Positions 50,287-60,085 of a stretch of 64,000 nt of DNA are shown here, in pieces. Positions within the stretch are counted from its first letter, which is position 1. Each line of letters opens with the position of its first letter. This DNA is from Endomicrobiales bacterium. Lineage in GTDB: Bacteria; Elusimicrobiota; Endomicrobiia; Endomicrobiales; JALOBY01. The notes under the pieces were generated by a model, which worked only from the letters and a program-made list of their open reading frames with translations, was not told where the DNA came from and did no database searches. A program made the translations under genes and the position numbers. The stretch is taken from contig CAWCNJ010000008.1 of the NCBI GenBank assembly GCA_963796955.1, positions 448,001-512,000 on the forward strand, given 5' to 3'.

Positions 50287-50841
50287 ATGATCAGAAAAAT
50301 TGCGGTGTTTGCTGCGGCGATATGTATTTCGTGTTCGGTATGGGCGGATAAAACGGACCATTTTAACCTGTCACTGGTGCCTCCGGTCGAAACCTCGTCG
50401 AACCGCTACATCGAAGGATTGGACCTGGGTATTCTTTCAACGACAAAAGACAAGGTTGAGGGCGTTCAAACCGGTTTCATATATGCGGCGAACAAGGATA
50501 CTTCGACAGGCTTGCAATTTGCCATGGTAACCAGATCGCACGAATTCTACGGTCTGCAGGAAGGTTTTGTAAATATGAGTGAAAAATTATACGGAGAAAG
50601 TTCGGGCTTTGTGAATATCTCGAAAGAAGTATGGGGCGCCTCCAGCGGCTTTGTTAACGTCAGCGAAAAAGTGAAAGGCGTCATGGGCGGCTTTGTGAAC
50701 GTTTCCGACGAGATGAGCGGTTTGCAAATAGGCTTTGTGAACTACACGCAAGACATTGAAGGCATTCAAATAGGCCTCGTAAACATTATCACAAGATCTT
50801 CACTGCCGGTAATGGTTATTGTTAATGGCAGGTTTAAATAA
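50287..50841 (+). CDS. Secreted GxxxGFVN repeat protein (LA_2272-like)
   Basis: Signal peptide; about six 14-aa repeats such as GLQIGFVNYTQDIE. Confidence 0.75.
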   Translation: MIRKIAVFAAAICISCSVWADKTDHFNLSLVPPVETSSNRYIEGLDLGILSTTKDKVEGVQTGFIYAANKDTSTGLQFAMVTRSHEFYGLQEGFVNMSEKLYGESSGFVNISKEVWGASSGFVNVSEKVKGVMGGFVNVSDEMSGLQIGFVNYTQDIEGIQIGLVNIITRSSLPVMVIVNGRFK

Positions 50842-50864
50842 TAACCGGATCATACGTTTACACC

Positions 50865-50907
50865 AAAAAGGGCCTGACACGATATGTTCGATGTCAGGAC
50901 CCTTTTT
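50865..50907. terminator. Bidirectional-type intrinsic terminator
   Basis: AAAAAGGG-CCTGACA...TGTCAGG-A-CCCTTTTT. Confidence 0.7.
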
Positions 50908-50948
50908 AATGCCTTGCGCTACGGCACGTGAATATATACAATGAGGCC

Positions 50949-52568
50949 ATGAGAACGTTCGTCAACAGCAAACGCGACATGATCATCATTGTTTTAGTTG
51001 TTCTCGCCACAACACTTCCCTTTGTGAACCGCGCATTTTTCATCGATGATTACTATCACGTTACGATGGCAAAAGGGATCATTGAAAACCCGCTAAGACC
51101 GTATGATTTCAGGAGCGACGATAATATAGAGAATGTAAAAAGCTGGGAGCGGGGAAACCTGCCCCGCATGGTCAACCCGCCCTTAATGCATTACTACCTC
51201 GCCGCGATCATTTCGTTGTTTGGTTCCGCTTTGTGGAAACTCAGGCTCTCTTACCTGTTGTTCGCATGTGTGGCGGCGATCGCCATGTATCTGATGGCAG
51301 GAAGATTCACACGCTACCCGCTGGCAGCGGCGCTGTTGTTCACATGCAGCCCGGCTTTCGTGCTGAGTTCATACACCTTAATGCTGGACATGATGATGAT
51401 CGCGTTATTCCTGGCAGGCTTTGAATGCTTTATGCGCGGTTGTGAAAATGATAGTTGGACTTATTTGATCTGCGCCGGTATATTGCTTGCCCTTTCACCT
51501 ATGGTGAAATACACAGGTTATTACACATATCTGTTCGTTGGCGCCTGGTTCTTCTTAAATTACCTTAAGGACTTTAGAAAATACCGGTATCTTGTCATAT
51601 TCGCGATCCCTTTTTTGATAACAGCGGGTTGGTACTGGTGGAATGTAGCGGCATACGGGCAATCGCATTTGCTCGCCTCGGTCAAGAGATTCGTGCCGGG
51701 ATCGAATATATTCAAGTTGATCGTGAGCCTGGTGTTCTTGAGCGGGGTCAGCCTGTTTACTTTCGTCTACGAAGCCCTATTGATTAAAAAACATATATTG
51801 GTATTATGCGTCTCCTTCCTGGTCGGCGCTGGCCTGACGGTATTTCTCTGTTCTCCGTTCGGAGGATTCAATATCACGCAAGCGGCGCTCCTTTCCGCGA
51901 TGCTGCTCAACAGTCTTACCGTATGCTGGTTACTTCTAAACCAGGCCCGCCGAAATAATACATTTCTTTTATTCTGGTTTTTCACCGGTGCGATCCTGGT
52001 GATACTGCCGATCCCCTGGGTGGCCGGAAGATACTATTTATTAGTGATGCCGGCGCTGAGCATATTGACGATAGAAATGGTTGCACAAAATTTTGAAAGG
52101 TACCGGATGCCGCTTATCTGGCTTACCGTGGGCGTCACTGGTATCGGCACTATCGCCCTGGCGTCTGCCGATTATATGCAGGCCGGTGTTTATAAAGCCA
52201 TTGCCCGTGACGTAGAAACCTCGGATGCAGTTCAAAATGCTCCTGGAAAAAAAATTGTGTTGGGGGATACGTTCTTCGGCTACAGCTGCTATTTGAAAGA
52301 TAACGGCTGGCGTGTTATTTTTGACAGCTCTCAGGTTTCACGCGGCGATCTTTTACTCGCGTCGATGCAGTCTATTCCCAGAATATCGCGCCCCAGATGG
52401 GATCTGAAATTGAAAGAGATCGCCCATTTTACATACCGGACAAGGTATCCTTTTCGAATTATGGACTTGTACTCCAGCGCGGGCTTTTACGCCTCCTCCG
52501 GAGGGGCGCTGCCATTTTCAGTTTCGACCGGGCCTTTAGACACGTTCGTATTGTATCTGGTGATTTGA
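50949..52568 (+). CDS. GT-C fold glycosyltransferase (ArnT/GT39-like)
   Basis: FFIDD, NPPL, multiple TM helices and GRYYL; probable start ATG 50949. Confidence 0.75.
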   Translation: MRTFVNSKRDMIIIVLVVLATTLPFVNRAFFIDDYYHVTMAKGIIENPLRPYDFRSDDNIENVKSWERGNLPRMVNPPLMHYYLAAIISLFGSALWKLRLSYLLFACVAAIAMYLMAGRFTRYPLAAALLFTCSPAFVLSSYTLMLDMMMIALFLAGFECFMRGCENDSWTYLICAGILLALSPMVKYTGYYTYLFVGAWFFLNYLKDFRKYRYLVIFAIPFLITAGWYWWNVAAYGQSHLLASVKRFVPGSNIFKLIVSLVFLSGVSLFTFVYEALLIKKHILVLCVSFLVGAGLTVFLCSPFGGFNITQAALLSAMLLNSLTVCWLLLNQARRNNTFLLFWFFTGAILVILPIPWVAGRYYLLVMPALSILTIEMVAQNFERYRMPLIWLTVGVTGIGTIALASADYMQAGVYKAIARDVETSDAVQNAPGKKIVLGDTFFGYSCYLKDNGWRVIFDSSQVSRGDLLLASMQSIPRISRPRWDLKLKEIAHFTYRTRYPFRIMDLYSSAGFYASSGGALPFSVSTGPLDTFVLYLVI

Positions 52569-52624
52569 CCTTATGTCTTCAATTTGGTAGTATTTGCAAT
52601 AACAAATTGCACTTACGAATTGTA

Positions 52625-52830
52625 AACAGATACTATCAAACCGGGGTGCACCCGGAAAACGTTTGAACGTTTTCCGAGTGCGGGCTAAGCTCAGTAAACT
52701 TTCAGCTCGGATAACTCGCAGTACAGATTAATGTGAACAGATACTATCAAACCGGGGTGCACCCGGAAAACGTTTGAACGTTTTCCGAGTGCGGGCTAAG
52801 CTCAGTAAACTTTCAGCTCGGATAACTCGC
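52625..52830. repeat. Two identical 95-bp direct repeats (52625-52719, 52736-52830), 111-bp period, each with a long hairpin
   Basis: Base-for-base identity; internal GCACCCGGAAAACGTT-TG-AACGTTTTCCGAGTGC. Confidence 0.95.
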
Positions 52831-52865
52831 CGCACCGTTTTATGGGAAGCTTTCGTTGTTGTTGC

Positions 52866-52939
52866 CGGGGTGTAGCTCAGTTGGCTAGAGCGCACGGTTC
52901 GGGACCGTGAGGCCGTAGGTTCAAATCCTATCACCCCGA
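52866..52939 (+). tRNA. tRNA-Pro(CGG), CCA not encoded
   Basis: Acceptor CGGGGTG/CACCCCG, anticodon arm CACGG-TTCGGGA-CCGTG, T loop TTCAAAT. Confidence 0.95.
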
Positions 52940-53072
52940 TGTTTTGGAGCTCCTCTGTGGTAAGAGCCGAAGGCTCTTCAATAATCGCGACATCCCCGCG
53001 TTTTGCGAGAACGCCATCCCCCGACGGAGGAGTCGGGGGAGTTCTTCGGCGGGGATAAACATGGAGAACTCC

Positions 53073-53351
53073 ATGAAAACGACGACCCGGGCGCATGTTA
53101 TTATCAGCGGCGAGGTACAGGGCGTGGGATTCAGATATTTCGTGTCCAACGCGGCCCGCAGGTTTGATGTGAACGGCTGGGTACGGAATGTGCCTGACGG
53201 TTCCGTAGAAGTGGAAGCTGAAGGAAACCGCGAGACGGTTTCAGAGTTCCTTGCATTTATCGAGAAAGGCAATACCTGGGCCCGTGTTGACGATATGAAG
53301 GTAACATGGCTGGAGCCGGAAGGCTATTCAGGTTTTGATATTGAACCATAA
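53073..53351 (+). CDS. acyP: Acylphosphatase
   Basis: GEVQGVGFR and GWVRNVPDGSVE; GGAG before ATG 53073. Confidence 0.93.
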   Translation: MKTTTRAHVIISGEVQGVGFRYFVSNAARRFDVNGWVRNVPDGSVEVEAEGNRETVSEFLAFIEKGNTWARVDDMKVTWLEPEGYSGFDIEP

Positions 53352-53377
53352 CTTCTCTGTGAGGGGCGCGAAAGAGC

Positions 53378-54205
53378 ATGGAAAATTTTGATCCCATTCA
53401 GCTGTACTTCAAAGAAATTAAAGAGATGGGGACTCTGACACCGGAAGAGAATAAGGCCCTGTGGGCCAAAGCTTACAAGGGTGATAAAAAAGCCCGCAAA
53501 CGCCTGGTGGAAGCCAACCTTCGTCTAGTAATACCTATCTCTAAAAGATATTTTCGCGCCGGCATGGACTTTCTCGATCTCATCGAAGAAGGGAACATGG
53601 GCCTTATGCGCGCCGTTGAAAAATTCAACCCTCACCGCAAGATCCATTTTTCCACGTATGCGACCTACTGGATAGGCCAGTCGGTACGGCGCGCCGTTGA
53701 AGAACAGACAAAAACCATCCGCATACCGCCGCATATCTGGGACGGCATGAGCAAGCTGATAAAAAAATGGAAGCCGCTGAAAGAAAAACTCGGTCGTGAG
53801 CCTACCGTGGCGGAACTTGCAAAACAGCTTGGGCTTAACAACGCCCAGGTAGAGAACCTTCAAAGCGCTTCAAAACTTTCCCAGGGCACCAGCTCGCTGG
53901 AAGCACCGATAGATGAAGAAGGTACTATACTGGTGCGCGACATCATCTCCGATAAAAAAGGCGGAACGCCGGAGTCGGTGACAGAGTTGCTGCGGACGCA
54001 GGCAGAACTTACCCAGGCGATGGGGCATCTGCCGGAACGGGAGCAGGAGATAGTCGCGTTACGGTTCGGGCTCGGAGGGAAAAAACCTCTCTCGCTTGAA
54101 GAAGTCGGCACTAAATTAAAGCTGTCCCGTGAACGTATACGCCAGTTGGAAACACGTGCGCTGCAACGGTTGAAATCAGCGATTATAAGATTAAAACTTT
54201 ATTAA
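53378..54205 (+). CDS. RpoD/RpoS-family sigma-70 factor lacking region 1.1 (alternative, group 2-like)
   Basis: ANLRLV, DLIEEGNMGL, FSTYATYWI and SRERIRQLE. Confidence 0.92.
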   Translation: MENFDPIQLYFKEIKEMGTLTPEENKALWAKAYKGDKKARKRLVEANLRLVIPISKRYFRAGMDFLDLIEEGNMGLMRAVEKFNPHRKIHFSTYATYWIGQSVRRAVEEQTKTIRIPPHIWDGMSKLIKKWKPLKEKLGREPTVAELAKQLGLNNAQVENLQSASKLSQGTSSLEAPIDEEGTILVRDIISDKKGGTPESVTELLRTQAELTQAMGHLPEREQEIVALRFGLGGKKPLSLEEVGTKLKLSRERIRQLETRALQRLKSAIIRLKLY

Positions 54206-54220
54206 ATCTAAGGCGGCAAG

Positions 54221-54748
54221 ATGGTAGATACAACCCTTGAATTAAAATCCTGCATAAGAGATATTCCGGATTTTCCAAAACCTGGCATACTGTTCAAGGA
54301 TATTACGACGCTGTTGTCCCACCCTGAAATGTTCAAACTGGCGATAGACGGCATCGCGGACCATTACGTCGGAAAAGGCATTCAAAAAGTAGTAGGTATT
54401 GAATCGCGGGGATTTATTTTCGGCGCCCCGGTTGCCTACAAGCTGAACGCTGGGATAGTGCCCATACGAAAAAAAGGCAAGCTGCCGTACAAGATAATTT
54501 CGGCGGAATGCACACTTGAATACGGCACCGACACCCTGCAGATGCACGAAGATGCTATTATTCCCGGCGAAAAAGTATTGATCGTTGACGATCTTCTAGC
54601 AACCGGCGGAACCGTAACAGCCGCGATCGAGCTGGCGAAAAGACTTGGCGCGGATATAATAGGCGCCGCCTTCATTATAGAGCTTGGTTTTCTAAAAGGC
54701 CGCGAGAAACTTTCCGGCACAGACATATTTTCACTCATAACGTATTAA
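54221..54748 (+). CDS. apt: Adenine phosphoribosyltransferase
   Basis: DFPKPGILFKDIT, RKKGKLP and VDDLLATGGT. Confidence 0.97.
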   Translation: MVDTTLELKSCIRDIPDFPKPGILFKDITTLLSHPEMFKLAIDGIADHYVGKGIQKVVGIESRGFIFGAPVAYKLNAGIVPIRKKGKLPYKIISAECTLEYGTDTLQMHEDAIIPGEKVLIVDDLLATGGTVTAAIELAKRLGADIIGAAFIIELGFLKGREKLSGTDIFSLITY

Positions 54749-54757
54749 ACCTTATAT

Positions 54758-54831
54758 GCCCTGGTAGCTCAACTGGATAGAGCAGATCCGTCCTAAGGAT
54801 AAGGTTGGAGGTTCAAGTCCTCTCTAGGGCG
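54758..54831 (+). tRNA. tRNA-Arg(CCT), CCA not encoded
   Basis: Acceptor GCCCTGG/CTAGGGC, D arm GCTC/GAGC, anticodon loop GTCCTAA, T loop TTCAAGT. Confidence 0.9.
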
Positions 54832-54983
54832 CGCCCGAGCGTTATGGCGCACTGTTTGTGCGACAGCGACAAAGTCCCGCTGTTGTAGTTGGGGGACCAG
54901 AACATGTATGACCCGCCGATGTAGTTTAGCGGCGGGGCAGCGGAGGGAGTCCCCGAAGGGGGCGAACGACCACTGGGAAGTTT

Positions 54984-55622
54984 ATGATAGACCTACACAC
55001 CCACTCATTATTCTCCGACGGGGTTCTGATCCCCTCAGAACTTGTTTACCGTGCAAAGGTCGCCGGCTACACGGCTATCGGCCTTACCGATCACGGCGAT
55101 TTTTCCACATTCGACTATGCAATTCCACGTTTAAAAAAAGTTGCAAAAACACTCTCAAAAGCTTATGACATAATAATAGTACCGGGCGTAGAAATTACCT
55201 ATGTTCCACCGGCCCAGCTTGCCTCGGCAGTCAAAGTGTGCCGCAGGCTGGGAGCACAGTTGATCGTTGTCCACGGCGAAACACCCGCTGAAACGGTTCC
55301 GCCCGGAACAAACCATGCCGCTATTATGGCCGGCGCTGACATTTTGGCGCACCCCGGTTTTATCGACGATGAGGATGTTCAACTGGCAAAAAAGCTAGGT
55401 GTCTATCTTGAAATAACAACCCGGAATGGACATAATAAAGGCAATCCCCATGTCGCAAAGCTGGCAAAGAAATACGGGACGAAACTCGTTTTGAATACGG
55501 ACACGCATAAGCCGGAGAACCTGATGACGATGGAACTGGCCTATGCGACGCTGGCAGCCTGCGGTATGGTAAAAAACGATTATGAGACAATGCAGCGAAA
55601 CGCCAAGGAGCTACTTACATGA
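54984..55622 (+). CDS. PHP-domain phosphoesterase (histidinol phosphatase-like)
   Basis: DLHTHS..SDG, TDH, VHGET, AHPG and TDTH. Confidence 0.9.
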   Translation: MIDLHTHSLFSDGVLIPSELVYRAKVAGYTAIGLTDHGDFSTFDYAIPRLKKVAKTLSKAYDIIIVPGVEITYVPPAQLASAVKVCRRLGAQLIVVHGETPAETVPPGTNHAAIMAGADILAHPGFIDDEDVQLAKKLGVYLEITTRNGHNKGNPHVAKLAKKYGTKLVLNTDTHKPENLMTMELAYATLAACGMVKNDYETMQRNAKELLT

Positions 55623-56296
55623 CCAATGATATGTCACGCCACGAACTGAATAAGAACAACCTTGCCGAATACATGGACGGCAGTATAGAATGGGCAATGA
55701 ACAACCGAAACACTTTTTACGCCGTAGCGGGCGCAATAGTCGGTTTAATAATATTCGGCATATTTTTCTTCAGCCGGCTGCAGGAAGCCCGTTTGCGCAA
55801 CGAAGAGAAATTATCTATGGCCCAATATATGGTTCGCAGTAACGATGCTTCTCAAGTGGGCCAGGGTATGGGCACGCTCGCTGAAGTAATACGCGCCGAT
55901 GCGAATTCCTCAACCGGTATCCGGGCGGCCATCACCAAAGCCAATGCGCTCTCGGCCCAGCAAAATTATAACGACGCAGAAGCGACGCTACAAGAAGTCC
56001 TCAACACCGGCAAGGGGGATAAAAGGCTTCTCCCGCTCGCCAGTTCAGTACTTGGAATATTGTATGAAAATACGGGAAAATACCAACAGGCTATTGATGT
56101 TTATAACAAATGCCTTGCAAAATTCCCTAATAGTTTTTTGTCACCGCGTATCTATGAATCTCTCGCGAGGGTGCAGGAGCTCTCCGGCAAGGCACAGGAA
56201 GCAAAGGGGACTTACGAAAGAATAATCACCTTGTACCCTGCGTCTGCATGGGCAGCCAACGCACAGGAACGAATAATTAATATTTCCGGAAAATAA
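55619..56296 (+). CDS. Membrane-anchored TPR protein (YfgM-like)
   Basis: One N-terminal TM helix followed by TPR-like helical repeats. Confidence 0.75.
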   Translation: MTNDMSRHELNKNNLAEYMDGSIEWAMNNRNTFYAVAGAIVGLIIFGIFFFSRLQEARLRNEEKLSMAQYMVRSNDASQVGQGMGTLAEVIRADANSSTGIRAAITKANALSAQQNYNDAEATLQEVLNTGKGDKRLLPLASSVLGILYENTGKYQQAIDVYNKCLAKFPNSFLSPRIYESLARVQELSGKAQEAKGTYERIITLYPASAWAANAQERIINISGK

Positions 56297-56297
56297 C

Positions 56298-57668
56298 TTG
56301 ATGAAAAAACACTTACGTCGCGCAGCCGCTCTCGGCATATTAGTACTTGCTGCTACCGGTACCAGGAACGTCTGGGCATCTTCTCTGGATATAGAAACCG
56401 ACTATCGCCTGCGCGGTGTAACCTTTTCGAACACGCATTTTGATTCCACTGTCAGCACCGATTCTTTCAGCTATTATTCGCAAAGACTTCAGTTATCGGT
56501 AAAGGGTAACTTCGTTCCGGATATCGAAATAGGTACAAAATTGACCGCGCTGGGCGTCGCGGGGTCCACTTCAACTTTCATTCCGGTGGGCTATCCTAAT
56601 ACGGATATGCAGCCATTCATTGAGACAGCGTACGTTAAGATCACCAATTTCGCGGAACAGCCGGTCGATGTGACGATCGGCAAGCAGAACATCGGGATCG
56701 GCAACGGCATGATCTTTGATGACAACGGTATCGGTTTCACCGGTTTCAAGCTGCACGGCCGTTATGATTGGCGGCTGCCGCTGGACACGACGCTCTTTTC
56801 CTACAAGGTAGCAGAAAATTTTAAACCGAACACGGATAAAGACATTTTCGGGATCACGGAAGGCACAACCTGGAAGGAACAGTTGATAGAATTAAGTTAT
56901 TTCCAGCAGCAGGATTTTTCCGGTGCCCTGTATACGAAGGGTCAGCCTTCTTCACAAGATCCGAACCTTACGCACAGCATGCTTACCAGCCGGATCGTGA
57001 AAACTTTTATTGACCTGCACCTGAACCATGAAGAAAAGATCTCGGGCTACGACTTTGAGATAGCCAAACAAGGCGGTGTAGCATCCGCTCTTCTGAGCGA
57101 TACACAGATACCGTTCGACAGCCTGGGTTACGTGATCAGCGGTAAATTGATAGGGGAAAAAACGAAACTCGGCAAAGTTAAGGCGATGGCTGCCTTCGCG
57201 TATGCCTCCGGTGATGATAATCTTGGCCTTTCGGGAACAGACAAATCTTTTTCACCGGATATGTGCCGGCGCTATGACGGCCTCGAGCGCGCGGGCTACG
57301 GCGAGCTGCAGGCGGCAACACCGACCGATCTGTTCCTGCCGGCGCCATCTGCCTATTCCGGCATTAATACGCTCACGATCGGCGCGGATTTCACACCGCT
57401 CTATGCGTGGACCTTCGGCGTAACCTACTATCTCTATTCGGCCTCGCAGGGTCCTAAAGGCGCACCCGAGGCATCCGGGCTTGAAAGATTATTCAACGCT
57501 GAGTTTTCACTGGGGGAAGAGCTGGACTTGACGATAAAATTTGAATACTCAAAATATTGCGAAATACGTTACTCATTCAACCGCTACACACCGCCGACAT
57601 TTACCGCCTTCTGGCCGAAGAACGACCCTGCCACCCGCATGCAGTTGGAAGTAGGAACGCATTTCTAA
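56298..57668 (+). CDS. Putative outer membrane beta-barrel (alginate export/porin-like)
   Basis: Signal peptide, alternating beta-strand patterns, AYV..IGKQ..G.G, ASGDD and C-terminal Phe. Confidence 0.6.
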   Translation: MMKKHLRRAAALGILVLAATGTRNVWASSLDIETDYRLRGVTFSNTHFDSTVSTDSFSYYSQRLQLSVKGNFVPDIEIGTKLTALGVAGSTSTFIPVGYPNTDMQPFIETAYVKITNFAEQPVDVTIGKQNIGIGNGMIFDDNGIGFTGFKLHGRYDWRLPLDTTLFSYKVAENFKPNTDKDIFGITEGTTWKEQLIELSYFQQQDFSGALYTKGQPSSQDPNLTHSMLTSRIVKTFIDLHLNHEEKISGYDFEIAKQGGVASALLSDTQIPFDSLGYVISGKLIGEKTKLGKVKAMAAFAYASGDDNLGLSGTDKSFSPDMCRRYDGLERAGYGELQAATPTDLFLPAPSAYSGINTLTIGADFTPLYAWTFGVTYYLYSASQGPKGAPEASGLERLFNAEFSLGEELDLTIKFEYSKYCEIRYSFNRYTPPTFTAFWPKNDPATRMQLEVGTHF

Positions 57669-57680
57669 GAGAGACATTCC

Positions 57681-59858
57681 ATGAAAAAATTACACATAGC
57701 CTTTTTGTGGCACCAGCATCAGCCGATGTACAAGAACCCTTCGACCGGGATCTATGAATTACCCTGGGTACGGCTGCACGCGACCAAAGACTATTATGAT
57801 ACCATTGCTATACTTGATGAGTTCCCGAAAATAAGATCGAATTTCAATTTCGTGCCTTCACTGCTGATGCAGTTGGAAGACTACGCGAGCGGAAAAGCGC
57901 ACGACAAATTCCTTGATCTTACCCTGAAGAATGCCGAAGATCTGAGCCAGGAAGACAAGATCTTTATATTGTTCAATTTTTTTATGGCGAATTGGGACAC
58001 GATGGTGCACCCATACCCCCGGTACAGCCAGCTGCTGGAAAAACGCGGCAGGACAACTTCCAAAGATGAGTTGAAAAGAACGCAGGGATATTTTAAAGCC
58101 GCGGAGATGCGCGATCTGCAGGTATGGTTCAATCTCTCCTGGATGGACCCGTATTGGAAAGAGCACGACCCGTTCATACAGCAACTGTGTGAAAAGGGGA
58201 AGAACTTCACCGAAGAAGACAAACAAACCCTGGTAAAAAAACAGCTTGAAATTTGCGGCATGGTCGTCTCTAAAGCGCGGGAGGTGCAGGACCGCGGGCA
58301 GATAGAAGTTTCAACGACACCTTTTTATCACCCCATACTTCCCCTGTTGTGCGATACCAACAACGCCTTGATCGCATCGCCCCACATGACCCTGCCGAAA
58401 AAACGCTTTCAGCATTGCGACGACGCCCGCCATCAGGTGGAAAAAGCGGTCGCGATGTACACAAAACATTTTGGGAAAGCACCGCGCGGCATGTGGCCCG
58501 CCGAGGGCTCTGTCGCTGAAGAGATAGTACCGGTCTTCGCGAGCTCTGGTGTCAATTGGATAGCCACCGATCAGGACGTTCTTTTTCATACTCTAGGCAA
58601 CGCGGATCATTATTGCACGCAGTTGTATCAGCCCTATAACGTTAACATTCTTGACCACAGCATTAAAATGGTGTTTCGCGATCACGCCCTCTCAGATTCG
58701 ATCGGTTTTGTGTACGCTCGTTGGGATCCACATGCCGCCGCTTCCGATTTCATGCGCAAACTCCACGGGATACGCTCTTCTCTGGCGCACGCTCAGGGCG
58801 AGCACCTGGTAACGATAATACTGGACGGCGAAAACTGCTGGGAATATTATAAAAATGACGGCTGGGATTTTTTACGCGCCCTCTACAGCGCTATCAGCAA
58901 CGACCCGTGCATTGAGACCGTAACAATAAGCGACTATCTTGAGCGCAACCCGCCAAAGGAAACACTGCACCGGCTGTGGGCCGGTTCCTGGATAAACGGG
59001 AATTTTAACATCTGGATAGGTCACCCGGAAGACAATACTGCCTGGGAGTATCTTGCCGATACACGCAAGTTCCTGGCCGATTATGTAAATAACAACCTTG
59101 ATAAGAAGGATACCCCGAACGTATTGGCGGCCTGGGAACGCATATTCATAGCTGAAGGCTCGGACTGGAACTGGTGGTACGGCGATGATCATTCATCTGA
59201 TAATGATGAGATGTTTGACCTGCTTTTCCGCCAAAACCTGATAAATGTCTATGAACTGCTGGGTGCCAAGATACCGGCCAACCTGTATAAACCTATTAAA
59301 GGCCTGCTTAAAAAGAAGCCGACCCTTGAACCCGTTGACTTTATCACACCCAAAATAGATGGTAAGGTAAGCAGCTACTTTGAATGGCTGGCGGCCGGCT
59401 ACTACGAAGTAGGCCATACCGGTGGCTCAATGCACCAGGTGGACACCCTTTTAAGAGCATTTTATTACGGCTTTGACCTTAACAACATCTACCTGCGCCT
59501 GGATCTGACCATTCCCCTGGCCAGCGAATTGATCAAAGATATCTGCATTAAACTCAACTTTTTGACCCCGGCAGGGCATGAAGCGATAGTCTGTTTTGAG
59601 GCAGGGGGGAATCTGAAAGAATTTATACTAAGAACCCCCTCCGGCTTTGAAAACCTTAAGACCGCGGCTGCCCAGAAGATCATAGAGATAGCGATCCCGC
59701 TGGCAAAGATGGAGCTTCCTCAAGATCCCTCAGCTCAGATAGAGTTCGTTATAGCCATCCTTAAAAATGGTTCAGAAGTTGAACGCTGGCCCAATGAAAG
59801 TACGGTTTCCTTCCCCATACCCAGCGAGGAATATAAGCTCCGGAGCTGGTCAGTCTGA
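57681..59858 (+). CDS. Glycoside hydrolase family 57 (amylopullulanase-like)
   Basis: WHQHQP, PFYHPILP, GMWPAEG, ILDGENCWE and AEGSDWNWW. Confidence 0.93.
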   Translation: MKKLHIAFLWHQHQPMYKNPSTGIYELPWVRLHATKDYYDTIAILDEFPKIRSNFNFVPSLLMQLEDYASGKAHDKFLDLTLKNAEDLSQEDKIFILFNFFMANWDTMVHPYPRYSQLLEKRGRTTSKDELKRTQGYFKAAEMRDLQVWFNLSWMDPYWKEHDPFIQQLCEKGKNFTEEDKQTLVKKQLEICGMVVSKAREVQDRGQIEVSTTPFYHPILPLLCDTNNALIASPHMTLPKKRFQHCDDARHQVEKAVAMYTKHFGKAPRGMWPAEGSVAEEIVPVFASSGVNWIATDQDVLFHTLGNADHYCTQLYQPYNVNILDHSIKMVFRDHALSDSIGFVYARWDPHAAASDFMRKLHGIRSSLAHAQGEHLVTIILDGENCWEYYKNDGWDFLRALYSAISNDPCIETVTISDYLERNPPKETLHRLWAGSWINGNFNIWIGHPEDNTAWEYLADTRKFLADYVNNNLDKKDTPNVLAAWERIFIAEGSDWNWWYGDDHSSDNDEMFDLLFRQNLINVYELLGAKIPANLYKPIKGLLKKKPTLEPVDFITPKIDGKVSSYFEWLAAGYYEVGHTGGSMHQVDTLLRAFYYGFDLNNIYLRLDLTIPLASELIKDICIKLNFLTPAGHEAIVCFEAGGNLKEFILRTPSGFENLKTAAAQKIIEIAIPLAKMELPQDPSAQIEFVIAILKNGSEVERWPNESTVSFPIPSEEYKLRSWSV

Positions 59859-60057
59859 AAAACGGCGGACAATACGCAAGTTAGGCAGTAGGCAATAGTA
59901 AACCAACGACAACGAATTGTCAACCTTAAAAAACTCTCGTTGTCATGCGAAATTTATTTCTCTATCACTCCGCAACACGCTCCGTCAAAAACCTCAAAAT
60001 ACGCCTTATTGACGTCTTAAATCGACCGTCAGATACCTCAAAATCAATACGGTATTT

Positions 60058-60085
60058 GGTTCCGATAAGTTATGTTATGTTAAGT
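60058..60085 (+). other. XerC/XerD dif recombination site (chromosome dimer resolution)
   Basis: GGTTCCGATAA-GTTATG-TTATGTTAAGT versus E. coli dif GGTGCGCATAA-TGTATA-TTATGTTAAAT; intergenic, at the gene-strand switch. Confidence 0.85.

Noticed and set aside
52625..52830. Direct repeats as a CRISPR array
   Set aside because: Only two units, each 95 bp with a 16-nt gap, and no cas genes in the window
48252..52939. Integrated element between the two tRNA-Pro genes
   Set aside because: The two genes are different isoacceptors, both complete; no integrase or duplicated tRNA 3' end, and the interval includes housekeeping panD
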